Below, piece by piece: positions 10,351-45,493 of a stretch of 64,000 bases of DNA. The notes beneath the pieces were generated by a model, which was not told where the DNA came from, made no database searches, and saw only the letters and a program-made list of their open reading frames with translations. Each line of letters opens with the position of its first letter. Position 1 is the first letter of the stretch. The position numbers and the translations under genes were made by a program. Location: NCBI GenBank assembly GCA_964035545.1, contig OZ037765.1, positions 13,526,698-13,590,697 on the forward strand, given 5' to 3'. The DNA comes from Bugula neritina (lineage: Eukaryota > Animalia > Bryozoa).

Positions 10351-13040
10351 GACAGTAAGGCTTTACGGTAAGTGTAATTAATTGTAAATATAATTTAAAG
10401 TCACAGACTTAAAACCAAAACTAGCCCATAATTCGTAAGTGATAACTGATAAGTCTAAGACTAAAATAAAAATTATGAGTATGACAATAAGTAGGCCTAT
10501 TATAATTATGTAAATGTTACTATCAGTATTGGTAATTTGTACTATAAGTAAGTACTATCATTATTGTGAGATTTAGTACAGCTTAAATTTATTATTCAGT
10601 TTGTAATGTATTATAATAAACGGTAAAGAAATATAATTATCATTTAATCGTTTTGTTGAAATATTTTAAGAAATTTAAGTTGTAGTTCAATGTTTAACAG
10701 TAAGTGACCAAGTATAGTTCTAACTCTAGTTGTAAAAACACAGCCGCAGTTTTTCTGCAAAACCTGTTAATTTAGCTTAAGTTTTTGGTTAGGGTTCATG
10801 CTCCAACTTGAAATTTAGTCTGTGTAGCAACAATTGCTATGATTAAGCTCTGATTCCTTATGTTTCTTAGATTTACTCTATATTATAAATTTATAATTTG
10901 GTTACCTACAGCTGTTGAGCATAAGTAAGACTAATGGTCACTCACTAAGTCAAATTTATAGTAATACTTATATCTATAGTGTTATTAGTAACCAAAGCAT
11001 GATAAAATTATAGAGATTTTATTTGAATATGACTATCATAGAAATAAAAACGTTAAATACCATTGCAATGACATTTGATGCATGCTCTGGTATTTACATT
11101 ATATATCAGTATGAATATCAATTGTTACTTGAATAACTCAGCATAAACATCAATATAACAACTTGACAAATAAAATTAAGTATTTATATAAATATTTAGA
11201 AAATTAGAATTATGTTTTTACCTGAATGTCTGGGGCTTAATTTGAGGTTTTTAATAAGTATTATGTTGTCTAGTTGCATTTTTGTAATAATAACATCTGC
11301 AGAAATGCATGTTTATAAATCTATCTAAAATATAAATTATACAGAAGACATTTTTTTAAATATGTTTCCATTATGTTAATAAACTTGACTAAATTATTTT
11401 AGTAAATTTCACTAAGTTATTTGCTAATAATTCTAGCTAATTTGTTTCAGTAAATTGGACTAAATTTTGCTAGTAAGTTCTGATTTTTTTGTAATTACGA
11501 GCATGTAAAAAATAATAAACTGTATTTTATATGGTTTGGACATTAGAACTCTACCAGCTGTAGGCTTGCATCGATAGCTGCGTACAATGTGAAATACAAG
11601 AAAAAGGATATGATGTAACACACCACAATTAACTTAATGCAGTTCATTTTTAACTAGCTAGGTTGTGACATATTTGGAATAATTTAAAAGTGCTTGGAAA
11701 TGTAGAAACTGCTTTAAGAGATGCAGGCTGATGAAAAAAGGCTTAAAATGAATGCATACAAGTGGTCTAGATGCAACAAAAGTAAATTTTTGCTTAGCCC
11801 GATTTGTAATTTTTCATTTTGTTTAAGTTTTTAGAGGGATTTATTTTATTTTATTGAATGAACACTTCTCATGCAACAAATATCCATTCATCCTATTGTA
11901 AAAGTCAGAAAATGCAGCTAATGTAGTTGATCCTAGGACTCAAAACACTATGATACAGCTGTTTTATTTGTGACTCATTCTTGGAAAACCTAATTATAAC
12001 AAAATAAAACAATAGCTGCACAGTTTAGGTTGAAAATGTGGAGGTTGGCATACTTGAAAGCTATGATTTTAGACTGCTATTAAAAGCTTTCAGACCTGCG
12101 ATAGATGAATAGTTTAGATAGAAATATAATTTTTTATTTTTAGTGAATAAACGGAAGCCTGTTTGATCAATATCAATTATGGCAATTGAAATTTTGTAAA
12201 AGCAAGTCTCTCTCTCAACCAGTGCTTTTTTCAACACATATGACGTAATGCAACAACATTTAGATCACTAAAAATATCGTAGCCAAAAAGACTTCAAAAT
12301 ATAATTATTAGAACATTTTGGTATAATGGTTTATACATTGTATAATACATACATAATACATTGCTAGTAAATGTGGGCTCTAAGTATCAAGTTATATCTG
12401 TTAGGGGACAGTACAGGATAATAATAACTTATACTAATATGACTTCTAATTTTTGTCTTTTGTGTAACTTGACAGGGTGGTTACAGCCAGCACACTAAAT
12501 GAATATTAGGATTTAAATCCTAGCTGCAACTGCAGCATTGCTCAGTATACAAATAGCCAGAACAATTTTTTCAAGTTTTTTAATTTTCTTTGAGCAAATT
12601 TTTTATAATTTTATTATAGAATACTAATTTATGTGCTGTTACTTGAATATTTGTCTCTTGGTAGAAAAATTCTGCAACATAGTTTTTATTTTGCTAACAA
12701 ATCAGCTTGAAAATTTCTAGGATGCTATTTTTGATAACTAGGTAAAATGATATGCCATCATGGGGAACATAACTTTTAATTAAAAATTTAGTCATTAATC
12801 CAAATATGTGAAAAGTTTTTATTGGACTTAGACTTATTTCAAGTCTGTTTTTGTTAAGGTTAACCATAGGAACCCAGTCTTATATGTAAATCGGATTTTT
12901 ACAGTTCTTTTTATTTCAACATAACTTTTCTCAGTCTTCTCAACTATTTTTTATATCGGCAGTAAATTTACACATAATTATGTGAAAATATATATATATA
13001 TGAACAGTATGGTGTAATTAATGCTATTGATATTTTACAG

Positions 13041-13082
13041 GATATGTCCTGTAGGAGTTGCATATGCATGTAGTATAGAAAG
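13041..13082 (+). other. Probable 5' UTR exon of FRMD4
   Basis: tattttacag| ... AAG|gtgagt; 42 nt, with a stop in the frame of the downstream CDS. Confidence 0.45.
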
Positions 13083-13882
13083 GTGAGTAAGCTCTAGTAC
13101 TTCAAAAAAAATAAATAAAAGAACAAAAACCTCTACTGTTTTGTAAAAAACGTTGACTGAGCACTATTTGTGTGTTTTAAGATTATATGTGAGGATTGTA
13201 ATATGAAGTTAGGCATATACAGCTTTTACTTTCTGAGAAATATATTTTCTTAAAGCCCTGTTTTTCATCATAATTTTATTCACGGATATACTTTATTTTA
13301 GTTGTCCGAATTCTACATTGAAGAACCACTTTTAAATCAGTCTACTCACTAATGATTTTATCATTGTTTAACAAATTGTTTCAACTTTAGATGATTTGTA
13401 TTCAAAGCCAAACTTTGCACGGCAAACAAGCACTACACTATTGTATTTGTTGTGGTTTTAAAAGTGTTTTTCTTGCACAAAATATTGAAAACACAAAGGA
13501 TTGCTAGTTTAACGGATAGCTCTAGCTGGTATATGCTTTAGTCTGTCCACATTAAAACCTTTCACAAAAACAGAATTTGTATAAAGAGCAGATTAACATA
13601 ACCATTTTCTTGCTGGAAAGACCTTACGTAGTGAATTACTTTAATTCTTGTCATAGAATGTGTTTGTTTGCTCAGCCAGTCTGAAAGATATCTGGTTGTT
13701 CAGATATTTTTAATATAAAGTTCTGCCATTTAAATGTCACAGGATTCTAAACACAAGTGATGACGTAAATAACTCTGTTTTCTTGGAAATGTTGGCTGAC
13801 CTTAACATAGCCCAATTTACGGTTAACAATGAGTCAATGCTTGTTTTCAGGTAAGGATTTTAGCTGGACTAGGGTTGTCAAG

Positions 13883-34508
<20,626 letters not shown>

Positions 34509-37500
34509 CACTTGCCTTATCTACATATCTACATGTCTCCGTACTTCTGCAGTAGATCACACACTATACAGTACTTACTCTAGCTGCTGTGCTCTATGTT
34601 AGCTGGCTTTACTTTCATTCATTTAATCATATCCCTATATTTTATAAAAAATTTTTGAAATTCTATATCCTATTTTTTCAGCTCTTAAATTATCGCTGTG
34701 TACAAACGGTTTTTTAGTATTTGTAAAAAAATCACTGATTGCAATGGTCAAATACATAATCATTCAATTGTACATATTTTTATTTAACATAGTCATAATC
34801 GATACATTTCAATTTATATCAGAGAAATTATACTTCATTGGACTCTGTTTTGTAGTAATGTTATTTTAAATTGGACAACTTCACCTTTTACAAGACTTTT
34901 GCTAACAATACATTAAGTTATAGAACTTCTACTTGTGATTTTGGCATACAATCGCATCTAATTTTTTAATTTACTGCACATATTTTTTCCCTGTAAAATG
35001 CTACCAGATCATTCACTACCTCAACATTGTTGTAGGGAATGTGAGGCACATGTATATGTAATACATGTATGTGTATAATTTAATATAAACTTGTTTTACG
35101 TGTTCTAGCAAATGCTTTCCACATCAAGCTTTTCAACATAGCCATATGGGCATTAGTGTGATACAGTAGTTGAAAAAGAATAATGAATATTACATGTGTA
35201 CATACTTACATACATACTACATTGTTTCATACAGTAGCTACTGTTTAGCTGTATTTTATTATGTAATATGGCTCTTCCTAAGACTTGCCCAGTATCATAG
35301 TTCTTGTGTTGATATAAGTAATGACATGGGCTTGTAGACATTTTATGTGAAAGTTAAGAGTAGGAGTTGCATATTGAATAATATATTTGACAGGCTGAGG
35401 CAGCTGGTAATGTAGCTCAATGTATATAGTAACTGACTAAGTGACCATATACAAAGTATGAAGTGCTTGCATATGTGTATCAAATCCAGCCTCCCAGCTT
35501 ATTAAAAAATATGGTTCTAATTACTAATTATACCCACATTTCCTAATTTTGAACATATAGCCACACTTCTGATTAGGCTACAGCCATCTGGGATCCATGC
35601 CGGTTCTGTTACATAATTATCATCAGATACCCAATGTATTAAATTACTGGATTGTAGAAATAGTGTGTAATCATGTATCCAGATTCTAAAATTTAGAATA
35701 GAAGTAACCAGTTATAAATGACAGATAAAAAAAAAATTTGGAATTTTGTACAATATTTTGGATATTAACCTTGCATGTTATTAGTGATAATAATAGTAGT
35801 GGCAACATACAGAAAAAAGACAAACAAAGTGACTGTAGTAATGTATTAGAGTCTAAATTCTGAAAGAAGGAAATTTGAATTGTTCTACAGTACGAAATGC
35901 TATGCATTGGGTTGCATCTGTGGCAGAAAAAGGTATATAAAAGCATCTTATAAAACATTGGCACTTCAACAGACAGCATAATAAACAGTAAACTGAGTAG
36001 CTATAGTCAAATAAAGTGTTATTAAGATCGAAATAACAAACTGAACAAGAAGTTCAATAATTACTGGACTAGAGTCATTGTAGTTTGAAGTGGGATGAAA
36101 TTCTTCCCAATCAAATGACTTGTTGCAATGAAAATACAACTACATATTTTAAAGACTTAATATGGGACATATCTCACATCTCACAAAACAATTTTTGAAC
36201 GAGTACAATGACCTATGACCATAATTGACGATAACATTTTTTACATACAATTTTTAAACTTATTACAAGTAGCTGATATGTTTAGCCGCAGCATTCAAGT
36301 AATCACACTGGAGTTAGTTCGTCTTTTTATTAATTGTGGGAAAAAAAACAAATAATATAAACTAAAAACTTCTCATGCTAATTTCTGTAGTAGTAAGATT
36401 CATTCTATAGTATATTTAAAATAAAATTTTCAAGCAGCTTGTGCACGCGAGCAACTGAATTATTATAGCTATAATATAGACTCAACTGAATTGGCAATAA
36501 TAAGCAATTTTTCTAATCCAAAAATAAAAAAAAGTGACATTCAACCTACATTACTATGAAGTAATAGTATAATATACAAAACAGCTTGAGCAATGTGTGT
36601 AACTAAAGTTTATTCATCAACAACAAAGTTCATTTAATATTTTCTTGAGAGCCATAACTCCAAATGAAAAAGCCATGTTTCCAAAGAAAGATGTTACAAA
36701 GATGTGTGTATTAGAAAAATATCGGCGATACTAATTTCTAGGTTCTATTTAATTCATATTTTTTGTGTACCTAAACTTTATTTTAACTGTACCTAGATTG
36801 TATTAACAGTTAACAAAGCAAAGTCTATTCAAATTAAAATCTTTTCAATTTTATTAGTGTCATGCTTTTTTCTTAATTCATCATTTGTGTTATTAAATGA
36901 AGCTAAACAAAACACCTTTAATTACCACCTGATAAATTAGGATTGTCTATTGTAATTTAGAAAAAAAGTGTTGGTAGCAAAGGAATGCACCTTTGAAAAA
37001 GACATAGTTTACTATGTTTATATTTGCTAGAGAGTTTTTGTCTGCTATTATTCCAGGTATTTATTCAAAAATGTCAACATTAATGTACAGCATCAGTTGC
37101 ATTAAGATCCTATAGAAAATTAATCGTTAATGTACATACTAATTCTTTATGTTAATATAAGCCATCATAATAGACTGGTAGACAATGAATAATCTCGCCT
37201 ATTTAACATCAATATTACAATCAAATCGCTTTATTTCGTGAATAACTTGTTTTCATTAATCATTTGCATTATTAGAATTTCTATAGGTCTCAGTTAGAAC
37301 AGTTAAAAAATCTGGCTTTGAAACTGTGAGAAAATTTTACTTTGCCTCCTGGACAGCTTTACATTAAATCTACAAGCAGTCAACCTGTTTTCTTGTTTTC
37401 GCTGCAGAAATTCTCTTAAGATAGCCAGAAATGTATTTTGGTATTTTTTATGGTAAAGTGAATTAATGCAAGTGATAATATTGTCACCCTTCACAGGCCA

Positions 37501-40500
37501 TTCCTTAATTATGATAATTGGTTAAACCAATACAAATGAGGCTTGTGTAAACTATTACAGTGCACTAGATAAACCACCATTGCTTATATATGGAAGTTGT
37601 GTGTGTATTTGTGCAACAAACAGAACAATTACTTAGGTTTTCATAACAGTCTAAATTCTAGATAGAATGTTTTTTGAAATAAGGTTAGTTATTTTTATTG
37701 TCAGCTTTCTGCTGTTTTTATAAATTCGTGTGGCAGTAAAAGTCTGATAGGAATATTTTAGTGATTAAATTGTTGTTTTAACAAACTTGTATAGCAGGAA
37801 AGTTATGAAAGAAAAAGTAAATATACACATAAATAAGTTTACATTAGGAATAATATTAATTATGATAGTGTTGATTTGTAATAAGCTTATAGAATATACA
37901 TTTAAGTACAACAATAATTTGTTTGTGTTGAAAAAAATTATACAAGCAGAAAAATGTTTAGCTAAATAGTAAAAGCAGCACATGGGTATCAGACTTGCAA
38001 TTAGCACCTGCTGATATTAAAACTGGTTAAAAATTGAATATCAAGTTACTGAAATACTATTCTATATGGTGGTTGAGATTCATTGTTACTAAAAAGGATC
38101 TTTGTTCTTTATGATTGCCCATTTTCCTCAACTGGATAAAAATGAAAGTATTAGTAGCATTGGTACCACTCAGTAGTGTTGGCTTTCCACAGAATTACAT
38201 CATCAAAAATCAATGCAAATAGTCTACAGTTAACAACTTAGTGTGCGAAAAGCTTCTTGAGTGCTGACTGACAGGTTGTTATACTCACAAATAAGAGATC
38301 ATTGTTAAAAGTTCGTAGTTTCTACTGCAATAAATTAAACTGTTGAATTAAATAGAAACAGCATTGAAAAAGCTACATCATTTAGTAATTATGTTTGTAT
38401 ATATAAAATATTTAATATTGAATGGTATAATATAATAAAACATATTTTGTTTTTTATCATTATCCTATGCATATATAAAGGCCATAAATCAAAAAGGACA
38501 TTGGGGTTTTTCACAAAGATAAAAATAAATAAAATATACCTAGTGAAATTAGAAATGAAACTTAGGCAGCATGTATATACATAGTATGATTTCTAGAATA
38601 GAAACTGGAGTCCCGTATTTTAGAAATTTTGCAACTTGAAGATTTCCGAGAATGTTTAAGCAGTTTTAGTACTTCAAACCAGTATGATAACTTTGCCTAA
38701 TTCATTTAGAACTACTTGGTTTCAGATATGAACAATATAATAGTTGATCCAACATATTTCTCCGCCGACAGCAGGGTTGTGATGTTTTTTGAAAATCATC
38801 CTCAATAATCTAATATACTGAAGGATTATCACATTAAACTTCAATAAAGCATAAGCATACACAATAAATTTGTGTTCATGTAAAACACAGTCTACAAGAA
38901 ATTATTGACAGTTTTGAACAATTGATAGGTTAATCACACCACTTATGTTTTGACTCAAATGTGTGCAGAACTTTATATAAACCTGTTTGAATCACAACAT
39001 TTTATGTTATATAGCGCTATAGGCTTTGAAAACCAAAGTTTTCTATACATTTAACTTTTACTAACAAAGCAACAAATATAAATGATTTATTAATATAAAT
39101 ATAATATAATATGTCTATAGTGCTGTACAGAAATATTTGCTGCATTCTGAGTAAACAAGATCTTTGTAATGTCGAGTTGCGCACACATATAAAATAGATG
39201 ATGACACAGTGTTCCTCCTCCTTCGCTTTTGAGTTCCTACAACTTAAAATACCAGTTACAAATTTCGTCATCAGCAGATAAATTAGGTAATTTTATAGTG
39301 AATGTTGGATGGTCTAAGGGTGCCTCATTCAATGTGAGATTTGTTTTTACCAACACATCACTTTTTTGTTAGTATAAACTAAATAACAATAGCTGACAAC
39401 CACTGACTTATTTATTTGTTTAGCCTCACTTTTTGTGCTCCCAACACAAATATTCACTAATTGTATAATATTTGTTGAACTATGTCCATTAAAACTCTTT
39501 CAGTATATGTATGATGTAGCTCTAATATTTTCTGAATGTCATAACTTAGAGCCAGAAAAAATGTTTATACTTTGCAGAAAAAAAACAAATACTGCAAGTT
39601 TTAAGCCAGATTAAGTTCTAATAAATATATCAAGCAGAAAAAGTTAGTGAATAAAATGAGAGTGTTGAACCTGGACCATAATAAGTTACTTGTGTTATGT
39701 TTTTTTAAATGATAGTGACTAGCAAATGCAGTCTCATAAGTTTGATTGTGGTCTGGATAGATTGATATAAAACTTAAAAGCAACCTTTATTACATTTCCG
39801 TTCATACCGCTTTAGTATTACAAAGGCTCATAGCAATTTGCATAACTTTACGGAGTAAATTTCATGTCAGAGATTATTGCAATCTTTATTGAATTCATTG
39901 TTAGTGTATCTTGCATGTTTGAATTATATTGTTTTAATTATATTAAAATTTAAATTTTGTGAGCAGTCTAGATTTTATTTGTTGAATATCTCTTTAAAAA
40001 CATTCGCTGGAACTTGGGTTTGAGATATATCTTTGTTATTTCAAAGTTGAATTGCTCCCAATTTTATAAAGCTGCATAAAAGTTTTTTTTTCAAAATATG
40101 CCATATGCAACTCCATTTCCATAGCATTTGACTGCTGGAGATTTAATCTCAGACTTTGAACATGTAAAGGAAAACCATTACGAGTAAAACCAATGAGTTT
40201 ATTTCTCCATGCAAAGAATACATGTAACTGTGAAGTTTTTAGACAAAATGAGAGTAGTAGTGACAGAGCTGTACTGCTATAAGTTAGGTTGCATGTACAT
40301 ATTCACACATCTGACCTTTCCTCAGATCTATGAACAGATAGAGGCGCTAAAAACAATTATTTTATATAAAGACTGTCTCCAAACAGTGCCTGATAGCTGT
40401 TTAATTAGTAGAGTCATATCCATTATATCAACATTGAGATTCTTAGAGTTGGCAAACGTCCTGGTGAAAGTTCACTGCTGTCGAGTCATTTTAGACACTG

Positions 40501-43484
40501 GCATTACAATATTGCTAACTTTATTCATCAGCTCTCCTTTTCGCTGTCTACTTGCTCTTTATTTTGTTATATGCAGACCAATAGTCTACCAGTAGGTGCA
40601 ACCTGTTGTCTTATATTACACAATTCATCACTTCGCTGTGCTATGAGTTATATGCTATTATAAATGTAGAAAAAATTTCAGTCTTGCTATATTGCCACTG
40701 TGTTATAACACTCCTCCATAACATAAGGCTATTATGGTACTGCAATGTTATTGCCTTGTCATAATAGTGTATTACAATGTTTTGCATTACTGCACCATTG
40801 CAATATTGCTATGCAGTACTGTGAGCTAATTATGTCAGGAGAGAGTGAGGACTATACAGCAAGAGGTACTTGTGGTGGTTCTTGAGACAGTAAAAATATG
40901 CATCATAAACATGTTTTTGGCTCACCACAATCAATGCTTTATACCCTGAAGCTATAAATATCTTTCAAATGGAGTTTTATTTACAATTATGTTGTAATAA
41001 TTTGAATAAAATGTATGGCTAGTGACTAACACATATTTAATTCCTGTTGTTGTTTGCATTTTATTAAATATTGCTGTTTTAGTCATCTCCTTTTCGGCTG
41101 AGGTAGGTCTGTAACCTGTAGTGCTATAATTAATCCATTACTGGGAAGCTGAATCAGTTGTTTTTCTCATGATTTTCAGATGATCATTTTCCAGGACTGG
41201 AGACAAGACCATTGGACGATTCTCTTGTTCAATGTTCACTGCAGCACTTCAGTGTCTCTAGCGCAGGAAACGAATGGCCTGACAGTAACCAAACTGTATC
41301 CTGGGAAAGATGTCAACATCCACTAGAAAGATATAAATAGCTTCACTGGTGCTAAAATATCTTCACCAAGAATTATTAAACTAAGGTATTTGCCCCTCAT
41401 TTAGACATATAGTGGTGTGATAGTAGTAGGTGCAGCTGCTTCTTGCCAAAACTGATACATACCAATGCTGTGTCAAGTTATATTATTTTATTTCATAACA
41501 CAAGGGTATAGGTTAAGGGGGAATAGAACCCTTGCAAGCAGGCTAAAGGAATAAGAAAGAAGGTTGATTGTATTAGTAGTTATTAAGCTAGCCACAACAG
41601 ATGAAATTTTCATGTTTGCACAAGTAAAATATACATGAATAAAAGACAGTTTCTTTCTCAAGCGAGCACAATGCACACGATTATGAATGTCTTCATAAAA
41701 GGCAAATCTAAGAGATGATTGCTACGACGCCACGTTAAAAGCTTGCTACCCAACTTTATAAGCATACTGTTTACCGTGAAATATAATACCAAAATTACAT
41801 CTATAGATAAACATGACTTATAAATAGCAGCGTAATGCCTTTTAAAATGTTAAAAAGTGATTACAGGTCTATAGTAGTGCTTAGTTTGATTAAAATTTTT
41901 ATGAAACGCATATTTTTATGATGAAGTTATGCTGATGTTCATAGAAAGAAAACTGCTTGTATATTGTATCATCACCTGCTTGCATATTGTAATAGCAAGT
42001 GGCTGTATTCTGCTCGATTGAGATGGTTGTTTATAAGCGCTGTTGTTAGTGTTTGGTAGATATTAATGGCAGGTATACTTCATGTATCAAATAGTCAAGT
42101 GTGTCAAATACTACTTTATACATACTAAGTAGTAGGAATGTTAGCAATTTTCTTTCATTTATACTTATTAGATTGTGGTGAAGAAAAAGCTGACATCATT
42201 ACAGACCTCTTGTATTAGTCTAAATTCCTTGCAATTCTTGTTTGAACAAAAGGTGCTGCATTGAGATCACCATGCTGCAGATATTCTGCTTAGAATTAAT
42301 ATTATGATTAGTCTGCTGATTAGTAAATCACCTCCTACCAGGTGATAAGAAATTTAAGAGAGAGATTAATATTGAGTTTTAGGAGATTAAGTCTTTTGTC
42401 AGCCTACCTATTGTCTGCAGAATATTTAACTGAATTAAATCTAATGAGCCAGTGTTCTAGCAGCCTGCAGTTGTGCAAATGGACATACAAAGGTTTGATG
42501 ATAATTATAATATTTTGGGATATAATATAATATATGTAAAAAATATGTTGTACTTATACATGCTGATGCCATAAAAATATATATTATGTTGCATATCTGT
42601 ATCCCTTTGTTCTGTATTGTGTGTGTAAATTCAGAACATTTTCATATATTTTTATCACAGAGCAAAGATCTATATTTTATGATGTAATGTACAATATAGA
42701 TAACATTAATTTTAGTTTAATAGAAAGCAGAATAACATTATATCTATGATAAATTTTACAGATTTTAAATTATTAAATTTTAAATTTCACTTCTAGATTT
42801 AGTTTTAGCTGCTCAATCTACGTATCAGTAAAGGTTAGGATTAGTCATTCACATATGATTTAGTATGAATGGCAAAATGTATTATTGTATTAGAGGTTAA
42901 AGCACTCTATATACATGCTGTAACCAGCCAATTCTAAATTTATTCATTTCGGTTATAACTATTTGTTGATGCAAGATTTATAATAACATCACAATTTATT
43001 TATAAATTAAATAACAGTAGCTGTACAAATAGTTCACTAGATCACTAGTATTGGTGTTATTAGCACTTTTGAAGCTTTAAAAAAGTAAATTCGTAAAATT
43101 CATAAAGTTTGTCTTCATAAATTATAGAAAAATGGTTGCGAACCCATAAAATTGCTACCAATGCATTATATAAATATTGACTTTTGAAATTTTGGTTAGT
43201 TTCTCACTTATAGCAAGCTGCGAGCAGGATGTAGGTTAAAGAATGTATTGGTTATTCTATAGAAATTAGTATTGAAATGTTGATGGATATAGCCTTACAT
43301 TTTTACTAGATTTTCATGTCTCATTAAAAAACTAGATCACAAATTCAAATTCATTTTTGATAATTTCACAATGTCAATGTAGTATATTGTAGTAACTGCC
43401 ATATGGAAAGAAATGTCTTTGTATAAAGCACATAATCACATAAACGGTTTTTGAGTAGAGTATTGCTGTTTAATAGTCAGAGTC

Positions 43485-43570
43485 ATGGTTGACCAATCAG
43501 CATTCAGCATGCTGGAGTAAGGGGGCTGTGAATCAAATAAATAAAACAGATGAGTTACTCGAAAGTCATT
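43485..43570 (+). promoter_or_regulatory. Candidate FoxC proximal promoter
   Basis: GACCAATCAG CCAAT box at ~43491 followed by AT-rich AATAAATAAAA, about 90-130 bp upstream of the ATG. Confidence 0.4.
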
Positions 43571-43623
43571 TGTAATGTTTGCAAGAGATTGACGTGTGTG
43601 TTTATTCTGTGATGTGTAGTGTA

Positions 43624-45493
43624 ATGCAACCAACCTGTCCTCCTCTTCCAGCAAGATACGCGCCAACAGATCCACAGAATAGATCCATGACAATGATGCC
43701 AGCTGCTTTGGCAAACCAGGACTATATGAACAGTATGAGCTATTACAGGAATCCCGCTGCCTATGGTGCTGTCATGTCGGGAGTATTTGCTCACCAGGAT
43801 CACTATGGGATGGCAGGTGGACGTCCTATGCACTATTCACCGTATCATCTCCATCAGCAATCTGGTAAAGATATGGTTAAACCACCGTATAGTTATATCG
43901 CGCTCATAGCTATGGCGATTGAGAGTTCTAAAGACAAGAAGGTAACTTTGAACGGTATTTATCAATTTATCATGGACAGGTTTCCTTATTACCGAGAAAA
44001 CAAGCAAGGATGGCAGAACTCTATTCGACACAACCTTAGTCTAAATGAATGCTTTGTCAAAGTAGCGAGAGATGACAAGAAGCCTGGTAAAGGCAGTTAC
44101 TGGTCGTTGGATCCTGACAGTGTAGATATGTTTAATAATGGTAGTTACCTGAGGCGTCGTAGAAGGTTTAAGAAAACGAAGCTCAAAGGTATGAAAGATT
44201 CAACACTAGAAGATGCAAAAGAAGACTTAAAAGAAGATAATCAAAGTGAAGGAAGAAACACATCAGATGATCTCTCAGAAAGCATTGATCCTAGCAACAC
44301 GGTGAAGCAAGAACCAAACTCTGACCAATCTCCACTCCACAGTCACACCTCTGTCTGGCAAAAGTCTTCAGAACAAAGGGGTAAGCACCACTTTAATATA
44401 TTATACTTTAGTAGGTTCTATAAATATCTTTAAAAGCCTAGATGTAATATAAATATACAAGTAGTTCAAATACTTTTTTTATTTTTAGTAAAATATTTTA
44501 TACTTGGAATAATTTCCAAAGCCCTGGTGGAAACATAGTAAAAAAGTATTGCTATTAGTTGTCCAATGAATAACTTAAGATGAAGATTGGAATCTCTGTA
44601 ATCTGGATAATTATGTAAATTAATAATCAACTCTGCAATGCCAACACATAATATATTGCTTGACTTCCTTAAGCAAAATTTAATATTTTGGAATCATTGA
44701 AAATAATTCCATTTGAAGTTTCAATTTAAACTTTATCTTTTGCCAGTATTTGTTTTTATAATAAGTAGTACTATGACCTGATGTTGCAATAGTAAGAACA
44801 CTGTAGAGGCAAAGGTAGCTGTTGCCAAACCAGAACAATCACTGCCTCACAAGCTGGATTCATTTGAAACCACTAATAAGTTTACAATGTTGCATTAAAG
44901 TGTAATTACATACCACTGACTAGGTACTATCACATTATGCTGCTTTATATAATTACTCAATCAAACAGTAGTTAGTACAAACTGTAAATCACTGATCAGG
45001 CCGTTAGTGAACACCACCTTGTTAACTAAAGCAGCAACTGCCATTTCTTAGACATCACCAACTTTTTATGCTTGTAGGTACTGCTTTACCAATTCCACGT
45101 GATCCAGCCGAGCCACCAGCAATATCAATGAACAACTTTACCGTTGACAATATTATTACAGGAAGTATGAATCAAGCAGCCATGCTAGCAGCGAGTGGAT
45201 ATTCTACTGCTGCCGCAACTCGGCCCGACATTTACCGTCCTACTTGCAACCAGCCGACTGTGTCTCAGCCATACCCGACTGCTACAGGTCCACAAACAGT
45301 CTTCCCCTCTGCAGCGACGGTGCCGGTTGAGGATATATACGGAGCAAGGGCGGCGTGGTATAGCGCCCCGCAAGAGATGCCACAGACATCGCCCATAGAC
45401 TACCAGCAAGCAGCGCGGTACGACAGCAGGTCACCTTCTTGTATTCAGCAACCACCATCTTTCAGAGATGCGTATAAGCAATACGGTTATTAA
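43624..45493 (+). CDS. FoxC: Forkhead box C transcription factor, 390 aa, two coding exons
   Basis: Exons 43624-44380 and 45078-45493 (phase-1 intron G|gtaagc...ttgtag|GT). N-terminus MQ...ARY. Forkhead domain [18 protein letters not shown]...[59 protein letters not shown]...[12 protein letters not shown] is FoxC-diagnostic. eh1 motif FTVDNII in exon 2. Confidence 0.96.

Noticed and set aside
34600-43400. Numerous 60-130 aa ORFs in intergenic DNA (also 45800-52300)
   Set aside because: AT-biased composition, no domains and no consistent exon chains.
43579-43623. N-terminal extension of FoxC in the ORF track
   Set aside because: Begins at a TTG; the ATG at 43624 gives the FoxC-like MQ...ARY start, although a slightly upstream in-frame ATG cannot be excluded.
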